In this document: positions 30,319 through 41,459 of the stretch, one piece after another
Position numbering within the stretch: position 1 is the stretch's first letter
Layout: each line of letters starts with the position of its first letter
Assembly (NCBI GenBank): GCA_964016885.1
Contig: OZ024743.1
Coordinates: 365,490,001-365,554,000, forward strand
DNA: 64,000 nt
Reading direction: 5' to 3'
From: Eledone cirrhosa
Lineage: Eukaryota
Translations under genes and position numbers: made by a program
The notes under the pieces: generated by a model
Seen by the model: only the letters and a program-made list of their open reading frames with translations
Database searches by the model: none
What the model was told of the DNA's origin: nothing

Positions 30319-30661
30319 TAATAATAGTAATAACAATAATAATAATAATAATAATACTACACTATTAATAATTATTAATGCACTCGTGCAATGCCTGTGC
30401 GTGACGAATATTTTTAAAGTGAGGAAAGACTGTGCACTGAACCAATCCCACTCTCTGAGCGACAGTAGCTATAACCCGAAAAGAAGAAAAGATCAACATC
30501 ATCGGTAACTACTGAGCCGCAGGTTTTATATCGGAGTTAACCCAGTTTCCTGAGATGCCTTCTCCTAGAAGAATACCCTGACATGGGCTAGGGGTTCTTC
30601 ACTCCCAGTGGTTTAACTGCGCGATCGGGCATCCAGCCCGATTATTTCTATGTCCCCGCGC
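26452..30661 (-). mobile_element. Apparently near full-length RTE-clade non-LTR retrotransposon with an (ATGT)n tail
   Basis: 5'UTR with TCTAGGAGAAGG..AACTCCGATATAAAACC motif (~30525-30570), single ORF, 3' end GGCCATACTCGATAACGAGGGGGCAGCCATC followed by (ATGT)n. Confidence 0.9.
26717..30262 (-). CDS. RTE-clade LINE protein: APE endonuclease, reverse transcriptase and three C-terminal C2H2 zinc fingers (1181 aa, uninterrupted)
   Basis: APE motifs WNVRTL, LSETR, VYAPT, GDFNA, LDY, TDH; RT motifs NYRGISLL, QSGFR, DLTKAFD, GVKQGD, LYADD, YLG; fingers CSVC..HLRSH, CQTC..HAKVH, CRLC..HIRSQH. Confidence 0.95.
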   Translation of the reverse strand: MMFQNNVNEIIANLGSGTKKIIGNKGRGPKLSQPGPARHRAIVIEPNRAFSLGCWNVRTLLDRDSLERPERRTALVAKELRRYDLDIVALSETRLAGDGHLTEFCGEYTFFWKGRDEGTRREAGVGFAVKTVLVNKLEEFPVGISERLMSMRVPLDKGRYATLVSVYAPTMNSVDEEKLSFYHALKGVLRNIPQADKVIVLGDFNARVGRDFNTWNVIGRHGVGKCNSNGMLLLQMCEELDLCVTNTMFQQKNKFKTTWMHPASKEWHLLDYVLVRMRDRQDVRCVRVLRGAECWTDHRLVRAKVNLITKRKIRAPGVTLPKRLNAARLKDKNVKRTLEEEMQAADLGEDWPTLKKSVYDVGRRVLGLVQRKHQDWFNEKDVHIDDLLADKRRALSRYLTARPQERNTLHEELRDVKSRVRRSLSQMKDQWWSEKAGEIQTASDCNNTKLLYSLLREVYGPSSSLVTPIRSKDGKELLRDSQGILRRWREHFDDLLNQPSVVSEDFLNLIPESPVKVALAEPPTLVEVAVAISKLNSGRSPGMDGIHAELLQYGGERLLQHLHSLFGGIWANESVPEDWRDAVMVVLYKGKGNRNDCGNYRGISLLSVVGKVLCRVLLDRLLTHIADCVLPESQSGFRVGRGTTDMIFSARQLQEKCIEQGLDLYQVFVDLTKAFDTVNRDALWKVLQKLGCPDKFLALVRSFHDDMKAWVNVGGNMSEPISVKNGVKQGDIPAPTLFAIYFAMVFCIAFRNCEHGVYIRYRTSGSIFNIRRFAAKTKVFTSVIRDLLYADDCDLVAHTESDMQHILNVFSDACTALGLTVSLKKTVVMYQPAPGRQYTEPNIYVYGRRLGVVDQFVYLGSTVNRYGNLDSEISLRIRKASDAFGKLERRLWGRRDICRRTKVRVYRACVLSCLLYACETWVTYRRHLKQLERFHQMCLRRIHGVRWRDHISDVEILESSMCDSIEALVLKQRLRWSGHLARMKDSRIPKQLFYGELVKGKRPPHKPKKRYKDSLKASLKDANISADTWENIAADRNKWRKTVYEGKVAFEASRIAHEKVKRDVRKGIAVALPDGEGPPMFLTCSVCARLCLSKAGLESHLRSHKVRPVVDYQAAVGDATHHACQTCGRECKSAGGLKRHAKVHELQPQPTIPSKCFGCRLCARHFGSLAGLKSHIRSQHC

Positions 30662-31269
30662 AAAAAAAAAAAAAAAAAAAAAAAAAATTACTTATTGACA
30701 CTTATACGTACGACATACACACACACGCATACATATGCGTGCACACAGCAACACTCACACACACAACAAACACACACACACGCTACTCTACTCACTTACA
30801 CGCACACACACACATATATATATATATATTACCGTCATTACTGATACAAGATTACCAGATTATGTCAACTGTTGACTTTCAAGAGTTTGTATAGTTGAAG
30901 CCGATCGTATTACAGTCCAGTATTACTATAATTGCTTTACAGCATAGAGTTATGGCTCTCCACGGAGTCAACAAAAGAGAGTACCAGTGATGCGCTGGCC
31001 AGTCGCTGGATCCGTGCCAAAAGCAGAAAAATTATTATTAAAGTTGTTCTTAAGGCCAGGTCGCTGGTGATGGTGATGGCGACGGCGGTGGCGGTGGTGG
31101 TGGTGGTGGCAGTTGATGTTGTTGTTCTGTTGTGTGTGTGTGTGTGTGTGTGTGTGTTTTGTTATTTTGAGTTTTTTTTTTTTTTTTCCTTTCTTTTTTT
31201 TCTCCTTTTTTTTTTTTTTTCCCCTTCCCTTTTCTTTTTTCTTTCCCCTTCCTTTTTTTTTTTTATACA

Positions 31270-31298
<29 letters not shown>

Positions 31299-31300
<2 letters not shown>

Positions 31301-31857
31301 GGGATAGCTAGAACTATCTGGAACGCACTTCGGAAAACAAAATTAACAACAAACGAGGAAGAATATATTGAGACAGATGGCACTAAGGAATACTGGTGGA
31401 ACCTGAAAATAAAAACTGCCACCAAATTAAAGCACAACCGGCCTGATATTGTAGTTTGGGACTAACATTGAAAACGTGTTCTGTTGTGGAGATCAGCTGC
31501 CCACTTGATGTAAACGTTGTCAGAAAAATACAGGAGAAGGAGGACATCTACGGACCATTGATGAGGAGCTTACAAATCCAGTATCCAAGATACACCTTTA
31601 GCTTCATACCCATCATTATTGGTGCTACGGGTTATATACCAACCCGCTTGGACCAAAGTATGACCGAACTTGGATTTGCGGACAAAAAGCGCAGCTCCCT
31701 AATTCATAGTCTACAAATGGCTGCGATAGCTGGCACCTTCAAAATATGCAAAACATTCTTGCGATTCAAGGGATGACAATTTCTTTTCTTTTACAACCTT
31801 GCCACCAGGAAGGTGGCCGGTCAAAAAAATATACTCGAAATTAAGAGAAAGAGAAAA
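31299..31857 (+). mobile_element. 5'-truncated R4/Dong-like retrotransposon (RLE domain + 3'UTR) in (TACA)n; 1-bp frameshift
   Basis: KHNRPDIVVWD/VVEISCP..KEDIY..PIIIGATG; almost identical to the 3' part of 48175-49755. Confidence 0.9.
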
Positions 31858-31863
31858 CATACA

Positions 31864-31897
<34 letters not shown>

Positions 31898-31903
31898 CAT
31901 ACA

Positions 31904-31932
<29 letters not shown>

Positions 31933-31934
<2 letters not shown>

Positions 31935-32592
31935 GCAATCCGCAGAAAAGATAGCCCTGATAATAAACCCATTAAAAGCTACAGCAATGTGGAAGACATA
32001 CATATACATAAAATGCAGGCATAACAGACCAGATATTATGATATGGGACAGGAAAAAGAAGGCATGCACAGTAGTGGAAGTTAGTTGTCCAGCAGATGCC
32101 AATATAATATCAAAGATTAGCGAAAAGGAGAATATTTATGCAGAACTGATGAGAAATTTGCAGATACTCCACCCTGATTACACCTTCAGATTTATGCCTG
32201 TGATTATTGGGGCACTGGGATATGTTAGTAACTCCCTCAATACAAATCTTGAGAAGCTAGGCTTCACAGGAACAGAAAGGACACAACTAGTTAGGAAATT
32301 ACAAGTACATTCTATTGATGGAACAGTAAAAATATGTAAAACATTCCAAAAATGTTGCATCTAATAACTGCATATACACATGTACAGATACTAAGCATAT
32401 ACACATGCAAACATACAACTCAGAACATACACATCCACACATACAATAACATCCATATCTACACATGCAGACATGCATACATAATCTACCTAGTTGATGT
32501 TGTGTAAATTCCAATGAGAGAGTCTTGTGTCTATGTTAGAAACCGACTCTCTCTATTGGCAAAACATTTGTGAAATTATAAAACCAGAAGAA
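31933..32592 (+). mobile_element. Second R4/Dong-like family, 5'-truncated (RLE + 3'UTR), in (TACA)n
   Basis: RHNRPDIMIWD..VVEVSCPAD..EKENIY..PVIIGALG..GTVKICKTF; different 3'UTR ending AGAAGAA|CATAC. Confidence 0.85.
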
Positions 32593-32668
32593 CATACATA
32601 GACACATACATACATACATACATACATACATACATACATACATACATACATACATACATACATACATA

Positions 32669-33409
32669 ATGGTGGCTGCCAACTCGTTTTCGAGTACGGT
32701 CACTACTTTATATCCATGTAGGAGAACCCCTACCGATGCGCTGAACGAGTGTGACTTTTTAGTTCAGCCAGCGACTTGAAAACTCTGGTACAAACACTAC
32801 ACTTGTGACAATTATTGACACATAGTGCTGGGCCCATGGTACCATGTGATGACAAGTGCAGAGAGATCTCCAGATATAAAGCAATGCCTGTGCCGTGAAG
32901 CTTTTATAGTGAGCAAAGGCACTGCACAAAGCCAGTCCCAGTCTCTTAACCAAGATGATATTTACCAAAAAGAAGAACAAGTCAACATCATTGGATACCA
33001 TCAGAGTTGCAGGTGTTATATCAGAGTTTTCCTTCTCCTAGAATTCTGCCTTGACAAAGGCTAAGGGGTCATCTCTCCCGGTGATTTTGGATGGCCATTG
33101 ACTCTTAAGAGCTCCTTTGCCCTTTGACAGGTTTTGTTTTTAGTCCTGCAGTATGTCCAAAGTCACCCTCCTCACCAAGAAATCTTGGTGGGGTTGCCAG
33201 TTTAGTCGCCAACGACCCGACCATGGTACATACATACATACATTCATACATACATACATACATACATACATACATACATACATACATTCATACAGACATA
33301 CATACATACATACATACATTCATACATACATACATACATACATACATACATACATACATACATACATACACACACATACATACACACACATACATACATA
33401 CATAATACA

Positions 33410-33443
<34 letters not shown>

Positions 33444-35874
33444 CATACATACATACATACATACATAATACATACATACATACATACATACATACATACA
33501 TACATACATACATACATACATACATACATACATACATACATACATACACATACATACATACATACATAATACATACATAATGGTGGCTGCCAACTCGTTT
33601 TCGAGTACGGCCACTACTTTATATCCATGTAGGGAACCCCTACCGATGCGCTGAACGAGTGTGACTTTTTAGTCCAGCCAGGAACTTGAAAACTCTGGTA
33701 CAAACACTACACTTGTGACAATTATTGACACATGGTGCTGGGCCCATGGTACCATGTGATGACAAGTGCAGAGAGATATCCAGATATAAAGCAATGCCTG
33801 TGCCGTGAAGCTTTTATAGTGAGCAAAGGCACTGCACAAAGCCAGTCCCACTCTCTTAACCAAGATGATATTTACCAAAAAGAAGAACAAGTCAACATCA
33901 TTGGATACCATCAGGGTTGCAGGTGTTATATCAGAGTTTTCCTTCTCCTAGAATTCTGCCTTGACAAAGGCTAAGGGGTCATCTCTCCCGGTGATTTTGG
34001 ATGGCCATTGACTCTTAAGAGCTCCTTTGCCCTTTGACAGGTTTTGTTTTTAGTCCTGCAGTATGTCCAAAGTCACCCTCCTCACCAAGAAATCTTGGTG
34101 GGGTTGCCAGTTTAGTCGCCAACGACCCGACCATGGTACATACATACATACATACATACATACATACATACATACATACATACATACATTCATACATACA
34201 TACATACATACATACATACATACATACATACATACATACATTCATACATACATACTTACATTCATACATACATACATACATACATACATACATACATACA
34301 TACATACATACATACATACATACACACACATACATACACACACATACATACATACATACATAATACATACATACATACATACATACATACATACATACAT
34401 ACATACATACATACATACATACATACATACATACATAATACATACATAATGGTGGCTGCCAACTCGTTTTCGAGTACGGCCACTACTTTATATCCATGTA
34501 GGGAACCCCTACCGATGCGCTGAACGAGTGTGACTTTTTAGTCCAGCCAGGAACTTGAAAACTCTGGTACAAACACTACACTTGTGACAATTATTGACAC
34601 ATGGTGCTGGGCCCATGGTACCATGTGATGACAAGTGCAGAGAGATATCCAGATATAAAGCAATGCCTGTGCCGTGAAGCTTTTATAGTGAGCAAAGGCA
34701 CTGCACAAAGCCAGTCCCACTCTCTTAACCAAGATGATATTTACCAAAAAGAAGAACAAGTCAACATCATTGGATACCATCAGGGTTGCAGGTGTTATAT
34801 CAGAGTTTTCCTTCTCCTAGAATTCTGCCTTGACAAAGGCTAAGGGGTCATCTCTCCCGGTGATTTTGGATGGCCATTGACTCTTAAGAGCTCCTTTGCC
34901 CTTTGACAGGTTTTGTTTTTAGTCCTGCAGTATGTCCAAAGTCACCCTCCTCACCAAGAAATCTTGGTGGGGTTGCCAGTTTAGTCGCCAACGACCCGAC
35001 CATGGTACATACATACATACATACATACATACATACATACATACATACATACATACATTCATACATACATACATACATACATACATACATACATACATAC
35101 ATACATACATTCATACATACATACTTACATTCATACATACATACATACATACATACATACATACATACATACATACATACATACATACATACACACACAT
35201 ACATACACACACATACATACATACATACATAATACATACATACATACATACATACATACATACATACATACATACATACATACATACATACATACATACA
35301 TACATAATACATACATAATGGTGGCTGCCAACTCGTTTTCGAGTACGGTCACTACTTTATATCCATGTAGGGAACCCCTACCGATGCGCTGAACGAGTGT
35401 GACTTTTTAGTCCAGCCAGCGACTTGAAAACTCTGGTACAAACACTACACTTGTGACAATTATTGACACATGGTGCTAGGCCCATGGTACCATGTGATGA
35501 CAAGTACAGAGAGATATCCAGATATAAAGCAATGCCTGTGCCGTGAAGCTTTTATAGTGAGCAAAGGCACTGCACAAAGCCAGTCCCACTCTCTTAACCA
35601 AGATGATATTTACCAAAAAGAAGAACAAGTCAACATCATTGGATACCATCAGGGTTGCAGGTGTTATATCAGAGTTTTCCTTCTCCTAGAATTCTGCCTT
35701 GACAAAGGCTAAGGGGTCATCTTTCCCGGTGATTTTGGATGGCCATTGACTCTTAAGAGCTCCTTTGCCCTTTGACAGGTTTTGTTTTTAGTCCTGCAGG
35801 ATGTCCAAAGTCACCCTCCTCACCAAGAAACCTTGGTGGGGTTGCCAGTTTAGTCGCCAACGACCCGACCATGG
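32669..35874 (-). mobile_element. Tandem array of four ~557-bp bipartite non-autonomous RTE derivatives with (TACA)n spacers (units 32669-33226, 33580-34136, 34449-35005, 35318-35874)
   Basis: Each unit is an RTE-type 5'UTR (TCTAGGAGAAGGAAAACTCTGATATAACACC) joined to a last-finger remnant (HKCSVCTRVFKSLA.LKSHTRSAHR*) and an RTE 3' end (TACTCGAAAACGAGTTGGCAGCCACC); periods 911, 869, 869. Confidence 0.9.
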
Positions 35875-36334
35875 TACATACATACATACATTCATACATA
35901 CATACATACATACATACATACATACATTCATACATACATACATACATACATACATACATACATACATACATACATACATACATACATACATACATACATA
36001 CATACATACATAAATAGATACATACATAGAAACGGTGGTTGTGATGATCATGATGATAATGGGGATGAGGATTGTGATAAGGATAAGGTCAACATTATCC
36101 AATACGACATTCCTTGTTTAAGAGAATTTGTATGTGATTTAAGGCACAAATGAATGCTATTTCTAGCAGAACGAATAACCACGCAGAAGCTCCGTTGCTG
36201 GCACGGGATTAATTAGTTAGAATGCTGGGATTGAAGTTCAAGCTTTTCTGGGGGAACAACATAGAGAAGGATGACCAGATTTATATAGAAACACTACATA
36301 ATAAAGACGATGTCTCCAATACTGACTTTAGAGG

Positions 36335-36450
<116 letters not shown>

Positions 36451-36524
36451 AGGATTTAGCTTCAAGCATAGCTGTATGTTAACCTGTAAACATACCGTGT
36501 GTCTTTAGAAATAAGAAATTTGTG

Positions 36525-36572
<48 letters not shown>

Positions 36573-36892
36573 AAAGTTCTATTTAACTCAACTTAATATA
36601 ACATAACTTAAGATTTTCGTTCTCTCCCCCTCTCTCTATCTCTGCATATCTCTCTCTTGAGTTCTTTCTCTGTCTGATGTTTTGATATCTCCCCGTTATT
36701 TTTCCTCTGTTCTCTTTTCTTTTTGCTTTCTTCTTTTTCTTTATCTATCTTTCCCTTTCTTTTCTCCACGTTTCTCTCTCTCTCTCTCTCTCCATCTTTT
36801 TACTTACTCTTAACACTATGACTTACTAAAGTAAACAAATCACTATCCGGATGGCCTCCGAAAACAACGGTCACCTTTTTGAAAGGGTACGT

Positions 36893-37024
36893 CAATATCT
36901 ATTTGTAAAACTGTTATATATTGTATTTTGTCTGATGAAAGCATACCATGATTTAACTTGGTATCCTTGAAATATATATAATGAAATAAATATGGTTTTA
37001 TAAATATAGTTTCCATTTATTAAT

Positions 37025-37030
<6 letters not shown>
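36893..37030 (+). mobile_element. Single-arm relative of the 19999-20384 palindrome, with hammerhead-like motif
   Basis: TATTGTATTTTGTCTGATGAAAG..GAAATATATATAATGAAATA..TTAATATTGTA followed by (TA)n. Confidence 0.7.
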
Positions 37031-37112
<82 letters not shown>

Positions 37113-39151
37113 CACACCTGCTCATATACAATATTATACATCTACTTAGTAATTCTCTCATCACTACCTCGGCAAGTACGATAAAGTATATAATACTAAG
37201 GAAGTCTATCGCTATCTTACTTTGGAAAAAATCGGCTGTGTTCATATCTGAAGAGCGATGGGCTCTTCCAGGTTTAAAATGTCCAAGAATGCGCCTTGAA
37301 AACACCAACGGGAGTTACGGATCAAAACATACATATTACACACATGCTGTTATAATCCTCATCTTCCATCGTGTTCTCCAGTTAATTTAGTCCCGCCATA
37401 GTTAGTTCATAATAAATATCTCTATATGTGTGTGTAAATCCTTCCTTCTTTTACTATGCCTCGGGTCAACCCATGCCTTGTGAGCAAAATTGAAACAGAA
37501 ACTGCTTGAAATTCTAACTGATGGAGAGCACATGTAATTCAAAGGACCTACTTGATCACACACTATGTCACGCTGAATCTCTCCGGGAATTCCGTTAAGA
37601 GTACACTTATCTGTGGAGTGATCAATCACTTGCACGTTAATTCTATGAATAGGCTGTTCCATTAATCGAACAACTGGAACACACATCCTCAAAACCGACA
37701 GACCTCCAGCCTTTGTCATAAATACATCCTGTCTACATCAGATTGGTTCTATAATTTTCTGTCGAGGTTCTTTTCACTCACTTAATTTTAAAGTTATATT
37801 GAAACTGAATAATTAATAGGATATTTATAATGTATTTATATTTTTTCGTTTACTTCTGTTTTTAAAACTAATCTGATTTGCCTGTAGTGTTCCTTGTGGA
37901 GGCGTATTTGTGCCTGACATACAATGCTTGCTTTATTTGTGTCTATGTATATAGTTACGTGCAAGCCCAACACCCTAAAGCCTAGCCGTTTATAGGTTAA
38001 GGGTTTTGGCTCACGATCGTATGGTCGTGGATTTAATCCACGGATCAGTTGTAAGTCATTCATTTCATAAAACATCCATTCTACTCCTAGCTTTAATTGT
38101 GTGCATGCGTGTGAGTGTCTGCGCGCGTGCGTGTGTGTATGTATGTGTATGGGTGTGTCTGTGTATGTGTGTGTGTCTGTGTGTGTATGTTTTCTCGCTC
38201 TAAACGGGAATATTACAGCAATTATTACGCAACTTATATAAAAAAACGTGTATTAGGGATTAGGATGTTGGATTCATGATCATAAAAATGTGGATTTAGT
38301 CCCACTAAGGGTGGGGCATTGTACACCCAGTACAGAGAAGTGCCTTGTACTCTCAGTCACCTAACATCCATGTAATCAAAATATGTTCCGGGGGTTCGTC
38401 CAGCTGGCGCAAGCATGGAAAGACGAACGTAAGACGATAACTCCAATTCATTAAGCTCCTTTGCGTTGAGCCCCTTAACCGCCACTAATACAAAAGGATG
38501 ACCAATCAGAAAACTAGTTCCGTTGTTAGTAGTGGTAGTGAGGGATGTTGGTGGAAGGGTTGCTGTTGATATTATGCTGTTGTTATTATTCAAATGGCTA
38601 TATCAGACTTTATCTCATCTGCACACATTACAGTCACTGTTAAACCTGTCATCAGCAATTAAATATTTTTCTCTCTCACCACCGTCACCACTGGTTAATC
38701 ACCACCGATGCTTGTTATCACAGATGTTCCATTTTCCATTTTCCAAGGTTGATCTTCGTTTGATGATGACGTCAGACGAAACAATAAAACATTGATGTGT
38801 CTTCCATTAACACGTGACATAGACATGACTCCTGATGCTGTTCATGTTAACTGTTGTCAGAAGAACTGGTTTTGTTGATAGTGTGAAGTAATATAAAAGA
38901 CATTTTCAGTTGGAAATACAACACAATTACCGATGTATTAATGTGTGTAAAATGGCGCTTATTCGCTTCTAAATATCGTGTGTATGTGTGTGTGTGTGTG
39001 CGTATTTGCTTATGTGTAATTAATGTGCGCAGAGGTCATTATATTCATCCATACTTGCTTATGTTGATAATGGCTTTTGTCTCTATTTAGGTTTGGTTGC
39101 ACACACACACACACATATATATATATACCACACACACATACACACACACAC

Positions 39152-39192
<41 letters not shown>

Positions 39193-39234
39193 CACACACA
39201 CACACATACACACACACACATATATATATATATA

Positions 39235-39385
39235 TAGTTTAATTAAAATAACAGGAGGCCTGACTGATGATGTTTGTTTAAAGTTTTATTGTTGCAAAAA
39301 CACTATATATTTCAATGGCCTGGTTACGTAAGATCCTGGCGACATCATCAGATTCGGATTGCATAATTAGTTAATCAATAAAGGT
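39235..39385 (-). mobile_element. Small hammerhead-bearing PLE-type remnant (relative at 21910-22060)
   Basis: Minus strand CTGATGA-TGTCGCCAGG..CAGGCCATT-GAAA-TATATA; the 22.0-kb copy has CTGGTGA. Confidence 0.5.
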
Positions 39386-39822
39386 GGCCATGCCCGTCCA
39401 TCCAGTGGTGAACTAGTTCAGCATATGGATTTTTCTCTATGTTAAGTTTTATTAGTTTATGTATTAGATTTCTGATTGGTTATACTAGTCTTTAAATATT
39501 TTTTTAGTTTCTGACTGGCCTGTGGCTACTCTCAGCATGTGGTCTATCGGTTCATCCGCAGTCTTTAGTTGTTTTCGTTTTCGGACAGGCGTCGTTATGC
39601 CTGGTGATATAGGCAGTTAGAGTTTTTGTTTTAGTTTTATTAGCTCAGTTCAGCCTCTACTTATGTAAACCGGGGCAACGCTACCCGGACAAAACAACAT
39701 TAACAACAATAACACCAAGCACAACGATGTTTACAGTATTTAAGAGGATGATAGTGGTGAATGCAATAAACAATTATGGTGATTCAACCCCGTTTTAACT
39801 ACCATCATTTGATAAATGAATA

Positions 39823-40013
39823 GGGCGGTGGATTGGCAGTATCGGTAGAGAGTCGGACACCACGCTTTGCAGCAAAGAGTTACGGCCCTTTATGGTACGA
39901 GTTCAAATCCCGCCAAGGTTAACTTTGCCTTTCATCCTTACGAGGTCAATCAAATAAAGTACCAGTAATGCACTGGGTAATTGCTGGCCTTGTGCCAAAA
40001 AGTAGAAACAATT
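39823..40013 (+). mobile_element. Full-length tRNA-derived SINE with 16-bp TSD
   Basis: A box TGGCAGTATCGG, B box GAGTTCAAATCC; flanks ATTTGATAAATGAATA / ATTTGTTAAATGAATA. Confidence 0.9.
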
Positions 40014-40191
40014 ATTTGTTAAATGAATACTCCGTCACTCAATATCACCTACCTGGGATAAACTACTGACGTGTAGTGCTTCGGATCGATAGGACCTGCT
40101 TATCACCAGGAAGTTACTACGTAACTACGTAACAACTAAGATAAATACCACGCTTGTACAACTTATATATATATATATATATAATATATAT

Positions 40192-40234
<43 letters not shown>

Positions 40235-40235
40235 T

Positions 40236-40285
<50 letters not shown>

Positions 40286-40316
40286 CGGAGGCCCGATTCA
40301 GGTTTATTTAAAACTC

Positions 40317-40372
40317 CGTTATACATATTTCCCTGAGGACTATCGGTTATGATAGCCTGAGCTCTTCAGACG
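40317..40372 (-). ncRNA. Hammerhead-like motif
   Basis: Minus strand CGT-CTGAAGA-G..CTATC/ATAACC/GATAG..-GAAA-TATGTA-TA-ACG. Confidence 0.5.
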
Positions 40373-41459
40373 ACGAAACCTAAAATAAACATTGAAATTT
40401 CCTAAGAAACTTTTAAATTTGGAAAAATCCAATAATTTCCCTGAAAATAAAATTATTTTCATGATACAGGGGACCAGCCGAATGTGTGGTGTTGTTTCTT
40501 CAACGGCCCTAAGAATTTTGGCGAAAGTGTTGGTCAGTTTAGGAAATAACGAAAACGGCTGCTAGCCCTTCTCCCTCCCCCCTATCTATCAGTAGCTGTT
40601 GTAGTAGTGAAAGTGGCTGATATAATAGTAGTGACATCCATCTCCTCCCAAGCCCCATATTGTCCACAGGTCTGCAACAACTGTGAATATTATAACTGAT
40701 ACCAAAATCAACTATATAAGAAATAGAACAAAATAAAATAAATAAACTAATTAATTAATTAAGAACAAAAGGGGCTATATATGTGAGAAAGAGATGATTA
40801 TAATGAAGAAGATTTTATAATGAAGAAAATTAAAAAGTAAAGAAATAATCTGCCTGTAGGCCAGCTAAGAACCAGAGTGTATAACGTAGCTGTTGAAGAG
40901 TTATAGTTTAACGGGTTCGAAATTGTTAGAAGCATGATAGCCGTACTCCCCGTTAGTTCCCCGTTTGATTAAACTTACGGATTATATCCACATGTCCTAT
41001 TCCTCGCCTTCCGCAGACTCAAGCACTGATGTAGGATTGGGCAGTAGGATTGTTCCTCGCAGCCTGCCTCAAATATCTCTAATCCTTCTTCACGTATCTT
41101 ATTTTGATAATCATTTTAAGTTGCCTTAGGCCTACACTACTTAATTGGTGAAGGAACAACCTAATAGCTCCGTACCGGTCAGGCATGTTGGTCCGGAAAT
41201 ACGGCAAACACAAACAAAGAAAATGTAGGAAAAATATTCAATCCGGAGATGGCCCGAAAAATAAAGTACCAGTAATGCACTGAGGTAATTGCTGGCCTTG
41301 TGCCAAAAGTAGAAACAATTATAGATAATGATCATTAATGATGGTAGCAGTAGTCTTAAAGTCGATTCGGAATTCCATTCCATTTACTTTCCCAACTTTA
41401 ACCCCGTCTTTATCCTACAACTCTCATAACTACTACTACAAGACACCACCATTGCAAGT

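Noticed and set aside
30480-30661. HDV-like ribozyme at the RTE or mini-element 5' end
   Set aside because: Known in some RTEs, but I could not build the nested double pseudoknot by eye; needs a descriptor search
32759-33064. Recurrent ~80-aa ORFs (MVSNDVDL.., MVLGPWYH..) in array units
   Set aside because: They recur only because units are near-identical; the MVSNDVDL frame is not listed for unit 4, and the homologous zinc-finger frame is a different one
32669-35874. CRISPR-like or retron-like repeat-spacer array next to a reverse transcriptase
   Set aside because: Units are ~557 bp, spacers are plain (TACA)n, there are no cas genes, and the RT is a eukaryotic LINE RT; better explained as an RTE derivative array
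39823-39915. tRNA gene
   Set aside because: The A and B boxes belong to a SINE head: no cloverleaf, followed by SINE body and TSD
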